From assembly GCA_964016885.1 (NCBI GenBank), contig OZ024740.1:14198001-14262000 (forward strand): a stretch of DNA of 64,000 nucleotides. Direction: 5' to 3'. This DNA comes from Eledone cirrhosa. Its lineage: Eukaryota. The position numbers and the translations under genes were made by a program. Shown here one piece after another: positions 1 to 13,283 of the stretch (the stretch's first letter is position 1; every line of letters begins with the position of its first letter). A model generated the notes under the pieces. That model ran no database searches and was not told the origin of the DNA. It was given only the letters and a program-made list of their open reading frames with translations.

Positions 1-194
1 TTCAGTGGAACTCCATTCACATGTAGAGTGCACTAATGAACTTCCCCATCCTCTTCAGTGGAACTCCATTCACATGTAGAGTGCACTAATGAACTTCCCC
101 ATCTGCTTCAGTGGAACTCCATTCACATGTAGAGTGCACTAATGAACTTCCCCATCTGCTTCAGTGGAACTCCATTCACATGTAGAGTGCACTA
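1..194. repeat. 53-bp tandem repeat (about 3.6 copies, open at window start)
   Basis: The unit TTCAGTGGAACTCCATTCACATGTAGAGTGCACTAATGAACTTCCCCATC(CTC/TGC) restarts at 1, 54, 107 and 160. Confidence 0.95.
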
Positions 195-579
195 TGCAGG
201 CTTCCTTGAAAGGGCGAGTGTTTCAGTCTTCATACCACTGATCTGCATTCCAGCCATGCAACACTCGGCATGAAACCTATTAAGTGCAGGTCGGAGAAAC
301 CTATTAAGTAACACCATGTCGTCTGCAAATTCCAGCCAACTGATTTTATACTCGCCTCATTTTGGTCATTCCATGAGAGTATCTTGGTCAACCTATGAAC
401 CTTTTAGCTTATGAAGGACTGATGCTAGAGCTGTGAAATCTTGCATGCATTAATTTCAACTCTTATTAACAACTACATTGATACTTTCCAGGGCTATGTT
501 AAAAATTAAACCTAATTTGGTTATCCCATGAGAGTATCTTGGTCAGCCTATGAATTCTTCATCCAACCCTCATATATAC

Positions 580-915
580 ATCAAGCCGTATATACAGCCA
601 CCCGTATATACAGCCAGCCGTATATACAGCCACCCGTATATACAGCCACCCGCATATACAGCCACCCGTATATACAGCCATCCGTATATACAGCCAGCCG
701 TATATACAGCCATCCGTATATACAGCCACCCCTATATACAGCCACCCGTATATACAGCCACCCGTATATACAGCCATCCGTATATACAGCCAGCCGTATA
801 TACAGCCATCCGTATATACAGCCACCCGTATATACAGCCATCCGTATATACAGCCATCCGTATATACAGCCAGCCGTATATACAGCCATCCGTATATACA
901 GCCAGCCGTATATTA
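580..915. repeat. 16-bp minisatellite (CAGCCAYCCGTATATA)n, about 20 copies
   Basis: Directly visible. It produces the 16-aa periodic ORFs at 528-996. Confidence 0.95.
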
Positions 916-1236
916 GCCGAAAGTTCGGCAGAGCTGGAATTAAAGAGTCAGGCAATTAACACAGTAATTAATTTACGTCATAAATTAATTTGTTGACGTT
1001 AAAGAAAAGCTTCTTAATAAACAGTTCTGTTTTTCACACACAGCCACACATATATATATACACACATTCAAACACATATATAAATACATATGCACATATA
1101 CACATTCACACACATAGACATACACACAAATACACACATATACATATGAGCAAACACATATAGAGATGTATGTTTGTGTATGTATGTAAGCATATATGTG
1201 AGCGAATGCATATATATATGTATGTATGTATGATTA

Positions 1237-1823
1237 TGTCAGGTCACCAGTTGGTGCTACTGGTAACATGTATCCCAGTATAACCTGTCTCATGGTCGGG
1301 TCGTTGGCGACTAAACTGGCAACCCCACCAAGGTTTCTTGGTGAGGAGGGTGGCTTTGGACATCCTGCAGGACTAAAAACAAAATCTGTCAACAGGCAAA
1401 GGGGCTCCTAAGAGTCAATGGCCATCCAAAATCATCGGGAGAGATGACCCCTTAGCCTTTGTCAAGGTAGAATTCTAGGAGGACAACTCTGATATAGCAC
1501 CTGCAACCCTGATGGTATCCAATGATGTTGACTTGTTCTTCTTTTTGGTAAATATCATCTTGGTTAAGAGAGTGGGACTGGCTTTGTGCAGTGCCTTTGC
1601 TCACTATAAAAGCTTCATGGATCTGGAGATCTCTGCACTTGTCGTCACATGGTACCATGTGCCCAGCACTATGTGTCATTAATTGTCACAGGTGTAGTGT
1701 TTGTACCAGAGTTTTCAAGTCGCTGGCTGGACTAAAAAGTCACACTCGTTCAACGCATCGGTAGGGGTTCTCCTACATGGATATAAAGTAGTGGCCGTAC
1801 TCGAAAACGAGTTGGCAGCCACC
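1237..1823 (+). mobile_element. Non-autonomous retroelement (SINE or LINE-derived) with a simple-repeat tail, copy 1
   Basis: 1354-1823 is near-identical to 21299-21789. Both end in ...GAGTTGGCAGCCACC followed by microsatellite, and both sit inside TA/TG microsatellites. The family is not identified. Confidence 0.7.
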
Positions 1824-2010
1824 ATGTATGTATGTATGCATGTATGTATGTATGTATGTATGTATGTATGTATGTATGTATGTATGTATGTATGTATGTA
1901 TGTATGTATGTATGTATGTATGTATGTATGTATGTATGTATGTATGCATGCATGCATGTATGTATGTATGTATGTATGTATGTATGTATGTATGTATGTA
2001 TATATATATG

Positions 2011-2042
<32 letters not shown>

Positions 2043-2068
2043 TGTATGTATGTATGTATGTATGTATA
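1824..2068. repeat. (TATG)n microsatellite
   Basis: Directly visible. Confidence 0.98.
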
Positions 2069-2286
2069 TTCTTCTGGTTTTATAATTTCACAGATTTTTC
2101 CCAATAGAGAGAGAGTCGGTTTCTAACATAGACACAAGACTCTCTCATTGGAATTTACACATCAACTAGATAGATTATGTATGCATGTGTAGATATGGAT
2201 GTTATTGTATGTGTGGATGTGGATGTTTTGAGTTGTAGGTGTGCATGTGTATATGCTTTGTATCTGTACATGTGTATATGCAGTTA

Positions 2287-2860
2287 TTAGATGCAGAATC
2301 TTTGGAATGTTTTACATATTTTTACTGTTCCATTAATGGATTGTACTTGTAATTTCCTAACTAGTTGTGTTCTTTCTGTTGCCGTGAAGCCTAGCTTCTC
2401 AAGATTTGTATCGAGGCAGTTACTAATATATCCCAGTGCCCCAATAATCACAGGCATAAGTCTGAAGGTGTAATCAGGGAGGAGTATCTGCAGATTTCTC
2501 ATTATTCTACATAAATATTCTCCTTTTCGCCAATCTTTGATATTATATTGGCATCTGCTGGGCAGCTAATTTCCACTACTGTGCATGCCTTCTTTTCCCC
2601 GTCCCACATCATTATATCTTTTTTGTTATGCCTGCATTTTATTGGGGTTTTTACTGGAACATTCCACCAGTACTCTTTCATATGTATATGTATGTCTTCC
2701 ACATTGCTGTAGCGTTTAATGTGTTTATTGTCGAGGCTATCTTTTCTACGGATTGCATTGTACAGTGTTTTGGCCACTACATCATACCTCATAGATACCG
2801 CGATAACATCTTTGGACAGCTGCTGAGGACATGGGTCACATCTAGGTGTTTTGCCTGCAT
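2287..2860 (-). pseudogene. Decayed 3' fragment of a non-LTR retrotransposon with a restriction-like endonuclease (R2/R4/NeSL/CRE group)
   Basis: Minus-strand frames give HVLSSC (end of the CCHC knuckle), RYDVVAK (RHD motif), NKKDIMMWD...VVEISCPAD...EK (PD-(D/E)xK-type nuclease) and PVIIGALG, broken by stops and frameshifts. Confidence 0.8.
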
Positions 2861-3472
2861 CCCTATCTCTTTTGTGAATCAGGTATTTCGTGTATGTATG
2901 TAAGTATGTATGTGTATGAATACATTTGACTTAGTGGTTAGAGCGTTGTGCTCACAATCATGAGGTTAAGATCCTTCTTTGATTAACAGTTTACTTACTA
3001 ACGCCACTCCACTTACTCTCTCTGTATCCCTCTCTCTCTCACACACACATTCTCTCTATCTATTTCTCTCTCACACACATTCTCTCTTCTGTTTTGACGA
3101 AAGTCTATTAATTTCTCCCTTCTTCCAGTGTTACCATTTATACAACTTCTCTGTGTCATATTCTGTCCTGTTTCAAGCCATTCTTCTTCTTCGCCCTCTT
3201 ATTCCTGAGAGGGTCTTAGGGGCAGAGTCCTCAAACACTCCTTCCAGCGGGTCCTGTGTAGAGAGAAATAGTGAGAGAGAGAAAGAGTGAGAGAGAGAAA
3301 GAGTGAGAGAATGAGAGAGAGAAATAGTGAGAAAATCAGAGAGAGAAAGAGAGTAGGTGGTTGTAGCAATATAATTCTTTCCATATCGAAACATTCATTC
3401 ATTTGTTTAATCTTGTGAAACTAATAAACCTTTGTTCGTACTGCCTCTCTGTTTTGTTCCCGCCCCATGTTT

Positions 3473-3990
<518 letters not shown>

Positions 3991-4479
3991 GGAAATGATG
4001 GACACTCGTTTACAATGGTGAAAAAATCAACAAAAGTAAAGAGAAAAAACGCTTATTAGGTTATTTTAAAACAAAATAAAAGAAATATGATATTATCTCC
4101 TTATAATATATAACCAGCAATTTCTCTGCCTGTCTGTCCGACAGTGGAAACACGTGCGCGCGTGCGAATGTTTTTTGCGCACGCGTAGAGAGAGAGTGAG
4201 AGTGAAAGAAAGAGACAGACTACGAGAGGGGGATAGTGGGCGGGAGAGAGGGAGAGAGAGAGAGTAAATAGACGCTAAAACACGTGCGTGCGTGCGAATG
4301 TTTTTTGCGCACGCGTAGAGAGAGAGTGAGAGTGAAAGAAAGAGACAGACTACAAGAGGAGGATAGCGGGAGGGAGAGAGGGGAGAATTGAGGAGTGCTA
4401 CAGAAACATATATACATTTCTGTGTGTGTGTAATATATATATATATACACACAGAAATATATATACATTTCTGTGTGTG

Positions 4480-4530
<51 letters not shown>

Positions 4531-4603
4531 GAAATATATATACATTTCTGTGTGTGTAATATATATACTAGCAGAAAACCACCCGGGGGCGGTTTTCTGC
4601 TAC

Positions 4604-5511
4604 TCTATATATATAGAACTGAGGATGTCTGTCTGTGTGTGTGAGTTTGAATCCCTAAAACTCGAGAAGCACCCAACCGACGGTTTTCAAACTTTACACA
4701 TGTTTCAGGGAGTGTTCTGAGCAAAAGAAAATTTAAATTTTCAATGCCCTAGGGACCGCATTAGGCGAATTAGCGATCTCTCTCTATAATTCTTAGTCTT
4801 TCTCTTTTTAGATAGATACATACATATAACGTCGCACCCTTATAATATCTGTCTGTATGTCTGGCTGTCTGCATTACGTCAATTCCCTGAGGATGTGTGT
4901 GTGTGTGCGTGTGTGTGTGTGTGTGTGTCTGTGAGTTTGAATCCCTAAAACTCGAGAAGTACGCAACCGATATTTTTCAAACTTTACATGTGTATTACTT
5001 ATCTTTCAAGGAGTTTTATGCACATAAAACATTTCATCTTGCTAGGGCATTAGGTGAAAAACTGCGTTCTTTTAAGCTTTTTAGAGGTTTTTTTTAGGCA
5101 TTACGTCAGACCGATTTCCTTGAAATTGTAACTATGTATGAGTCAGTCTCTTCTTCATACCGTGAGCAAACAAAATTCAACTTTTTTATGGCCTTAGGTG
5201 AAAAACTTCATTTTTTCAGCTTTTTAGGGCTTTATGGAGGCGTTACGTCTAGCCGATTATCCCGAAATTTCAAAGCATATTATGCACATAAAAAAAAATT
5301 CATTTTCTTGATCCGCTAGGACCCGCGTTAGGTGAAAACCTGCATTTTTCCTGCTTCATCGAGGAAAATATTAAAGATTATCCAGCCATCAGAGTATTCG
5401 GTTTATTTTCTTTACATATTGTCCAGGCATGCAGTTTTTCCACGATTAGGTTTGTTGGTGGCCCGCGTTCCAAAATACTTTATCCCGTGCAACGCCGGGT
5501 TCCACTGCTAG
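4604..5511 (+). mobile_element. Non-autonomous Helitron-like element (copy A)
   Basis: 5' end TCTATATATATAGAACTGAGGATGTCTGTC. 3' end has the hairpin CCCG-TGCAACGC-CGGG (5484-5499) then CTAG|T at 5508-5512. Homologous to 36298-36925 on the minus strand. Confidence 0.75.
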
Positions 5512-5641
5512 TATACAATAAACATATGTATCGCCTCGCTGCCGAACAAAAATATTTTCTCATAACGAAATAAAAACGAAACGAAACGAAAAAATTATGT
5601 TTTTTTATTTTCCTCTATATACAAATGACCACTTTCAGTCT

Positions 5642-5890
5642 ATAGGGCGGTGGAACCATTTTTGAATTGTGTGTGGGGGAGGGTGGCGGGGTATTTGGGC
5701 AATTTAGTTGTAGTGATTAGTTTAGCGCTTTGCACTCTAAAATGGTCAGAAAACTTTGATACGCGATAAACATAACATGTAGATAAATTGTAGCGCATGT
5801 CGAAATAGATGTGTTTTGGTAGTTTGGGGAGAAAATATAATTATTGGAGGGGGCGGGGCATGTCCTCCCCACTAGTTCCACCCCACTGTA
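5642..5890. mobile_element. Possible small MITE
   Basis: Imperfect terminal inverted repeats AGGGCGGTGGAAC / GTTCCACCCCACT with TA flanks. Confidence 0.3.
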
Positions 5891-6001
5891 TATATATAAT
5901 TTTTTTTTAAATTATGCTCTGTGCCCTTTCCTAAGGGGTTAATATATCGAGATTCTTCGCATTTGGTAAGAAACTGGTATTACACTTAATTTATTCATCT
6001 C

Positions 6002-6066
<65 letters not shown>

Positions 6067-6069
6067 TAC

Positions 6070-6124
<55 letters not shown>

Positions 6125-6792
6125 GATATATATATATATATGTAAAAGGTAAACAGAAATAACAACACAAAATACAATTCGTTCATCTGATACAACACAA
6201 TAAAGACTAAAGTGTTTAAAAAAAAAAATCGGTACAGTATATGGAAGGTATATATTAGGTTAACGCTTGATAGAGCAGGAAGAGGGTCTTAACGTTTCGG
6301 ACGTTAGTCTATATATATAAAACAGAGGATGTCTGTCTGTGTGTCTGTTTCCCTAAAACTCGAGAAGTACCCAATCGTTTTTTTTTAAACTTTACATATG
6401 TAACCTGTATGGCCCCGGAAGTGTTTTGAGCAAAAATTTCAAATATTAGGCGATTTAGCGATCTCTTTCTCTTTCTCTTAGGCTTTCTCTTTTTAGATAG
6501 GTACATAGATATGACATCGCGCCTTCATAATATCTGTCTGTATGCCTGGCTGTCTGCATTACGACATTATGACGCGATCAGTGTGTGTGTGTATATATAT
6601 ATATATTCTTATACCAGGGAGCGTCTTCACGAACCAAAGTATCGTCTTCCTGTTTTCTTCGGTTGCAACGTTTTTCGAAATATTTACATCTGCGTTCACA
6701 GATTGATTTTTTTAGTTTGAGAAGATCCCGTTAAGGTTGAAAGCAACGATTCTTTGCTTAAACATTAATATACTATTTTAATATAGACAATT

Positions 6793-6975
6793 GGTGGATT
6801 GGCAGTATCGGTAGAGAGTCGGACACCATGCTTTGCAGCATAGAGTTACGTCCCTTTATGATCTGAGTTCAAATCCCGCCGAGGTTAACTTTGCCTTTCA
6901 TCCTTACGGGGTCGATAAAATAAAGTACCAGTAATGTACTGGGTAATTCCTGGCCTTGTGCCTAAAATAGAAACA
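6793..6975 (+). mobile_element. tRNA-derived SINE (Nin/Deu-like core)
   Basis: Box A-like TGGCAGTATCGG, box B GAGTTCAAATCCC, then the core GCCTTTCATCCTTACGGGGTCGATAAAATAAAGTACCAG. Related copies lie at about 31320-31450 and 33800-33975. Confidence 0.8.
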
Positions 6976-7266
6976 CTTATTTTAATATAGATATTCGTGT
7001 ACAGATATTTTTGCATAGGCAAAAACAAAATATAAACAAACAAGGCTGGCGATTACATAATCACATGCATCACTGACAGATATTTTTGCATACACAAAAA
7101 TAAAATATAAACATACAAGGCCAACGATTACATCAGTTAGTCTTAGTGTACTTCATACTGCTTTTAGGTAGAAGATTCCGTTAAAGGTGAAAGCAGTGAT
7201 TCTTTGCTTAAACTTTAATCTGTTATTTTAATATATATATATATATATATAGTTTTAATATAGATG

Positions 7267-7317
7267 AGATTCTACAGGACTAGAACTGTTTCATTCATTA
7301 GAAATCATCAGGAATCT
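7267..7317 (-). ncRNA. Type I hammerhead ribozyme (3' pLTR of the Naiad-like PLE)
   Basis: The minus strand reads AGAUUC-CUGAUGA-U-UUC-UAAU-GAA-U-GAA-ACAG-UUCUAGUC-CUGU-A-GAAUCU. Stems I, II and III and the core are intact, with a GUA cleavage triplet. Confidence 0.85.
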
Positions 7318-7789
7318 GGGTATCAAAAAATAAATATGGTATTTATAGGTCTCTACAAGTGGTAGGAGAGGGTGGGGAGTGGGATGGGTGCAGGTCATTG
7401 GTTGATAGAAAAGGGAATTCATTAAAAGCTAATTCTACAAAGCTATAGTTTATTTTTATTTATTTTTTTATGTTTTTAGAGTAACAAGGGCAGACAGAAT
7501 TCTATAAACAGGTTCCGGATGGCATACCATTCCTTGTCAATAAGTTTCTCTTAAGCTAACAGATGTCTATAAAATCAGTGGGGGGTCAGTCATGGTCGAT
7601 AGAATTAAAGAAAAGGGAGATTCTTTAAAAGCTAATATCATTAAGGTTCTACTAAGTGACAAAGGTCTAGAGAATTCTGCAGACAGATTCAAAATACTGA
7701 GTGCATATCTTACTATTATCTTCGAACTTCTCTTAAACTAATCAACTATATGCCAAAAATCAACGGACACATTCACAAAAAAACAAAAA

Positions 7790-7911
7790 AACACACATAC
7801 TCACTCACACACTTACGCGCAACCATAAACACACACACAAACACATATACACACATAAAAACACACACACATATATAAAAAATATATTCATGTACACACA
7901 CATACATACAC

Positions 7912-7992
<81 letters not shown>

Positions 7993-8197
7993 TAAGTATA
8001 TACACATATATACACACACACATATATATATATACACATACACACACACATACACATACATACACACACACACACACACACATATATACACAAATAAATA
8101 CACTCACACGCATACATACAAACACAAATATACATGTGTATACATATATACACAAATACATATAGACATATATACATACACATACACAGACACAAAT

Positions 8198-8250
<53 letters not shown>

Positions 8251-8344
8251 TACACACATACATACATACACATATATATATACACACACACATACGTATA
8301 CACATACATACATATATATACACACATATACACACACATACATG

Positions 8345-8376
<32 letters not shown>

Positions 8377-8520
8377 CATATAAAAAAAACCCATACACAC
8401 ACATATATATACATATACACACACATACACACAAACACACACACACATATATATACACATATGCATATATATATATATATACACATTCATATATATAACC
8501 ACATACATATATACATACAT

Positions 8521-8570
<50 letters not shown>

Positions 8571-8628
8571 ATATACACACATAAACGAACAAATATATAT
8601 ACATACAAACACACACACACATACATAC

Positions 8629-8691
<63 letters not shown>

Positions 8692-8729
8692 TACACACCT
8701 ATATATACACATATATAAGGAAAAAGCAC

Positions 8730-8769
<40 letters not shown>

Positions 8770-8807
8770 TATATATACACATATATACACATATACACAC
8801 ACACACA

Positions 8808-8847
<40 letters not shown>

Positions 8848-8949
8848 TATACACACATATATATATATATACATACATATATACACACACCCACACATAT
8901 ACATATATATATATATATACACACATACATACACACACATACACATATA

Positions 8950-8987
<38 letters not shown>

Positions 8988-9064
8988 CACACAAAAATAT
9001 ACAAATATATAAAAATATACACACATATATACATACATACACACACACATACATATACATATAC

Positions 9065-9095
<31 letters not shown>

Positions 9096-9379
9096 TATAC
9101 ATATATATATATACACATACATACACATATATATATATATACACATACAAACACACATACAAACATACATATACACATACATACATATAAACATATATAT
9201 ACACACATATATATACACGCATGTACATACATATATACATATACATATATATATATATACACATATATATATACACATATATACACATATACATACATAT
9301 ACTTACACACACATATACATATTATATATACAGATATACACACACATACACACACACACATATATACACATACATACAT

Positions 9380-9430
<51 letters not shown>

Positions 9431-9441
9431 TATATACACAT

Positions 9442-9502
<61 letters not shown>

Positions 9503-9634
9503 CATACAAGTACACACACATATATATACATGCACACACATATATATATACACACATATATATACACATACACACACACACACACATACACATGCATATG
9601 TATAAATATCCATACACACACATATATACATATA

Positions 9635-9691
<57 letters not shown>

Positions 9692-9788
9692 CCATACATA
9701 TACAAACATACACATACATACACAGACCTATACATAAATATACACATATATATACAGACATATAACGCATATATACACACACATATAC

Positions 9789-9847
<59 letters not shown>

Positions 9848-9934
9848 CACACGCGCATACACACATGCACACACACACACACAAATATATATACACACTC
9901 TCTCTCTCACGCACATATATATATATATATATAC

Positions 9935-9992
<58 letters not shown>

Positions 9993-10027
9993 ACACGTAT
10001 ACATATATACATACACACACATACATA

Positions 10028-10073
<46 letters not shown>

Positions 10074-10082
10074 TACACACAT

Positions 10083-10115
<33 letters not shown>

Positions 10116-10120
10116 AATAC

Positions 10121-10187
<67 letters not shown>

Positions 10188-10188
10188 A

Positions 10189-10229
<41 letters not shown>

Positions 10230-10239
10230 CACACCTGCC

Positions 10240-10283
<44 letters not shown>

Positions 10284-10341
10284 TATATATATATATACAC
10301 ACCTGCCCACTCAACTATATATATATATATATACACATATA

Positions 10342-10407
<66 letters not shown>

Positions 10408-10424
10408 AGCACACACATACATAC

Positions 10425-10475
<51 letters not shown>

Positions 10476-10498
10476 TATATAAACATATACATATACAT

Positions 10499-10537
<39 letters not shown>

Positions 10538-10790
10538 CACATACATATACATACACACACACATACATAAACTTACATACATACATACACATACATACAT
10601 ACATACAAACATACACATATATACATATATATACATATATATACACATATATACATACATATACATACATAAATATACACACATAAAACACATATACACA
10701 CAAACATATATATATATATATATATATATACATACACACACACATACATATACACACATACAAACAAATATATACACATACAAATAAATA
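7790..10790. repeat. About 3-kb compound (CA)/(TA)/(CATA) microsatellite inside the PLE 3' region
   Basis: Directly visible. It lies between the ORF stop and the 3' terminal repeat. Confidence 0.97.
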
Positions 10791-10960
10791 GGTACTCAAT
10801 AAATATACGCATATACGCAGGCACATAAAGACACCTCTACAGGCAGAAAATGTAGATACGAAAGAGGTACTCACATAACCATAGTGGCCGTATTTCAGGT
10901 TGAGGAGGGGTGGGGGTAGGGTGGGGAGGAGGTATAGGGGCCAATAGGGGGAGGTCGTTT

Positions 10961-13102
10961 TTAGCCATCGGGCTTTAACACTGGCTTAAAGTGTTTGAAA
11001 GTTGCAAAGTTCTTGTGCATGCAGTTCGGGCAGTGTTCAGAGAGTTTGTTCAGTAGCGGGCCCTTGGCGAATAAAATTTCGTAGCTCTCTGAAATACAAA
11101 GGTCGCAGCCCTTGTGTCCTCCGTTGTAAGAGCGCGCTTTCTGGAGTATTTTCCAATTAAGCGTGAAGGGGGTGGAGTTCCTTTTGAGGTCCCAAACGTA
11201 GGAGGCGAGTGTTGTCTGATTTGCTTTATCTGGTCTTCTGAAGGAGTGGGTATGGGCATACCAACGGGTCTTAAAGTTGTTGGAGGTCATGCCGATGTAA
11301 GTTTTTTTGCAATCCTCGGTGCCTGAGATGACATCGCATTTGTATACGATGTCATTTGTGAGGCATTTGTTTTCAAGTGGGCATGCTTCCTTATTTAGGC
11401 AATTACATAGAGCCCCAGTCCGGGGATTGGTTTCGGAGGTGGTTGGCTTATTTAGTTTAGAATTGTGGTTGGCTATATTCCTAGCTAGGTTAGGTGTGGT
11501 GGAGTAAGACAGTCTTATAGTGTTCTTATTAAAGATGGTGTAGTACCTATGTTGTATGGGGAAGTGTAATTTCAGTAAAGTGAAGAAAATCCTAGCTATC
11601 GGAGTAGATACCTCTCTATTGAAGGGAGGGTTGTACCAGCTAATCTGCCTATGTCTATTCCTCCTCTGCAATCTTGCGGTGGTTTCTAGGTAAGTTATCT
11701 TATCTTTAAATCCGCTACGGGCCAGGGCGTCATTGTAGTAGGAGGCAGATGCATTAAAAATATCTTTGTTGGCGGAGAGGCCAGATATTCTAATAGAGAC
11801 GCTTTTTACTAGGTTATCAGTAATGTTTTGGGGGTGGTTTGAATTAACATTAATATATTTAAGGGACTCGTTAGGTTTGTGGTACGGGTAATAGAGGGAA
11901 GTATCTAGGTCGAGAGTGACATCTAAGAAGTTGGCCCTAGTCAAATTAGAATCTATAGTTATACTAAATCCTAGATTAGAGAAGAAAGAGCTTAAGTTTT
12001 TCCGAAACCCATCGGTGGTTCTGGGGCTAACCTTATGCAGGGAGAAGAGGCCGTCGTCTCGGTATAAACCTCCCGTTAGGCCGGTAAAGAGGTTCTTCAG
12101 GTTATGTAGGATGTACAGGCCCACAAGGTCGCTAATTTCAGCCGAGTCACTCGCCCCCATGCTAACGTCAAATGGGGTCTGAGATTTCTTGTTGATCCAG
12201 TAAGATCCATCGTGGTATAGAAAGGTCTTACGAGCGTGGAGGATAATAACTTGCTCAGCATCGGTAATGGTGGTAAAATTCCTGGCAAAGTTAATTGCGT
12301 CCTTCAGGAGGGGCTCCGAGATAGAGGCATAGTAGTTTTCTATGTCGAGTTGCAGGAAGCGAGTGTGGTGTTTATCGGGTAATTCTTGGAACCATGATAT
12401 TGCCTCAGATGTTCTACTCCAGAGTGGAAGTGGTGAGGCTGCCCGCAATGATGGTAGAACTCTATCCAGGATCTTCTTACTGATAGAGCCGATGTCAGAA
12501 CGAGTGGGGTTGATAAGTCTGACTGATGGTTTGTTGAGGAAATTTCCCTTATGGTCCTTCAGGGTAAAGTGCGGGGTCTTTACCCTTAAAGGTTCGGTTC
12601 GGTCATGTAATTTAAGGGACTTGACGATTTCTTTTCCGGCCGCGTTTGTCTCAGTCAGTGCCCTCTCTATTACCTTTTTGTAGGTGGTCGTGATGGTATT
12701 TTTTGCCAGCTTATTGTAGGTCTGTGGGTCTACCTCATAAACGTTTTTGGTTTTATCGGAGGAGACATAAAGATTAGGGGATTTTTTTATATTCCGTAAT
12801 TCGGCATTTAAGTAGGCCTGGAATGGTGTGGTGGCTCTACGGAATTTAATATCCTTGATCATCTTGAAGAGGTCTTCTTCAAATGGTTGGAGTAGGCTGT
12901 TGGTGGGTGGTGTCTTATTCGTTTTGAAGCCGAACTTCTCATCATTGGTAGATGCTACATCAGGGTTGTCGAGGAAGAAGGCCCTCCATCTAATTCGCTT
13001 GATGAACTCGTCGGTACGTCTGATGAGTGTTTTTAAGTATAGTTTCCTTGGAGGGATAGGGATGTTCTTCAAGGAAATATCAAGGTCGAGTTTGGTCAGC
13101 AT
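10961..13102 (-). CDS. PLE polyprotein: reverse transcriptase plus C-terminal GIY-YIG endonuclease (Naiad-like), uninterrupted
   Basis: RT motifs LQLDIENYY, VSMGASDSAEISDLVG, LYRDDG, NFLDVTL, YHKPN and SNHP. Linker CNCLNKEACPL (CxCx5C), nuclease DIVYKC...TYIGMT...FKTRW...H, and CDLC. The frame is open from 13198 and the first ATG is at 13102. Confidence 0.92.
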   Translation of the reverse strand: MLTKLDLDISLKNIPIPPRKLYLKTLIRRTDEFIKRIRWRAFFLDNPDVASTNDEKFGFKTNKTPPTNSLLQPFEEDLFKMIKDIKFRRATTPFQAYLNAELRNIKKSPNLYVSSDKTKNVYEVDPQTYNKLAKNTITTTYKKVIERALTETNAAGKEIVKSLKLHDRTEPLRVKTPHFTLKDHKGNFLNKPSVRLINPTRSDIGSISKKILDRVLPSLRAASPLPLWSRTSEAISWFQELPDKHHTRFLQLDIENYYASISEPLLKDAINFARNFTTITDAEQVIILHARKTFLYHDGSYWINKKSQTPFDVSMGASDSAEISDLVGLYILHNLKNLFTGLTGGLYRDDGLFSLHKVSPRTTDGFRKNLSSFFSNLGFSITIDSNLTRANFLDVTLDLDTSLYYPYHKPNESLKYINVNSNHPQNITDNLVKSVSIRISGLSANKDIFNASASYYNDALARSGFKDKITYLETTARLQRRNRHRQISWYNPPFNREVSTPIARIFFTLLKLHFPIQHRYYTIFNKNTIRLSYSTTPNLARNIANHNSKLNKPTTSETNPRTGALCNCLNKEACPLENKCLTNDIVYKCDVISGTEDCKKTYIGMTSNNFKTRWYAHTHSFRRPDKANQTTLASYVWDLKRNSTPFTLNWKILQKARSYNGGHKGCDLCISESYEILFAKGPLLNKLSEHCPNCMHKNFATFKHFKPVLKPDG

Positions 13103-13232
13103 GGTTTCTTGATGATGGTTATAAGGGGCACAGAGAGTGCTAAAATGTACGTTATTCCGGGTTGAATCGGAGGTAACCACAGTAAGTAAGGTACTCAATA
13201 CATAGCAGAGTATAAAAGTTTTAATATAGATG

Positions 13233-13283
13233 AGATTCTACAGGACTAGAACTGTTTCATTCATTAGAAATCATCAGGAATCT
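13233..13283 (-). ncRNA. Type I hammerhead ribozyme (5' pLTR of the Naiad-like PLE)
   Basis: Identical to 7267-7317. Confidence 0.85.

Noticed and set aside
1-240. Hammerhead in the 53-bp repeat (CTGAAGA on the minus strand)
   Set aside because: It is present in only one unit and has no correctly placed GAAA or stems.
528-996. Repetitive ORFs on both strands
   Set aside because: Artefact of the 16-bp minisatellite.
6285-6307. Half hammerhead (CCGAAACGTT on the minus strand) possibly split by the Helitron chain
   Set aside because: The candidate other half near 15465-15480 reads CTGATGT and the stems do not pair convincingly.
7773-10874. Many long ORFs rich in Y/I/H/T/C/V/M (also at 1701-2126, 20333-22499 and 35788-36301)
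   Set aside because: These are translations of stop-free microsatellites.
11114-13112. Plus-strand ORFs overlapping PLE ORFs (also at 26327-29562)
   Set aside because: Antisense shadows with no motifs.
10961-13198. Selenoprotein recoding, reported for some Naiad PLEs
   Set aside because: There is no in-frame TGA. The cysteine motifs use normal codons and the ORF ends in TAA.
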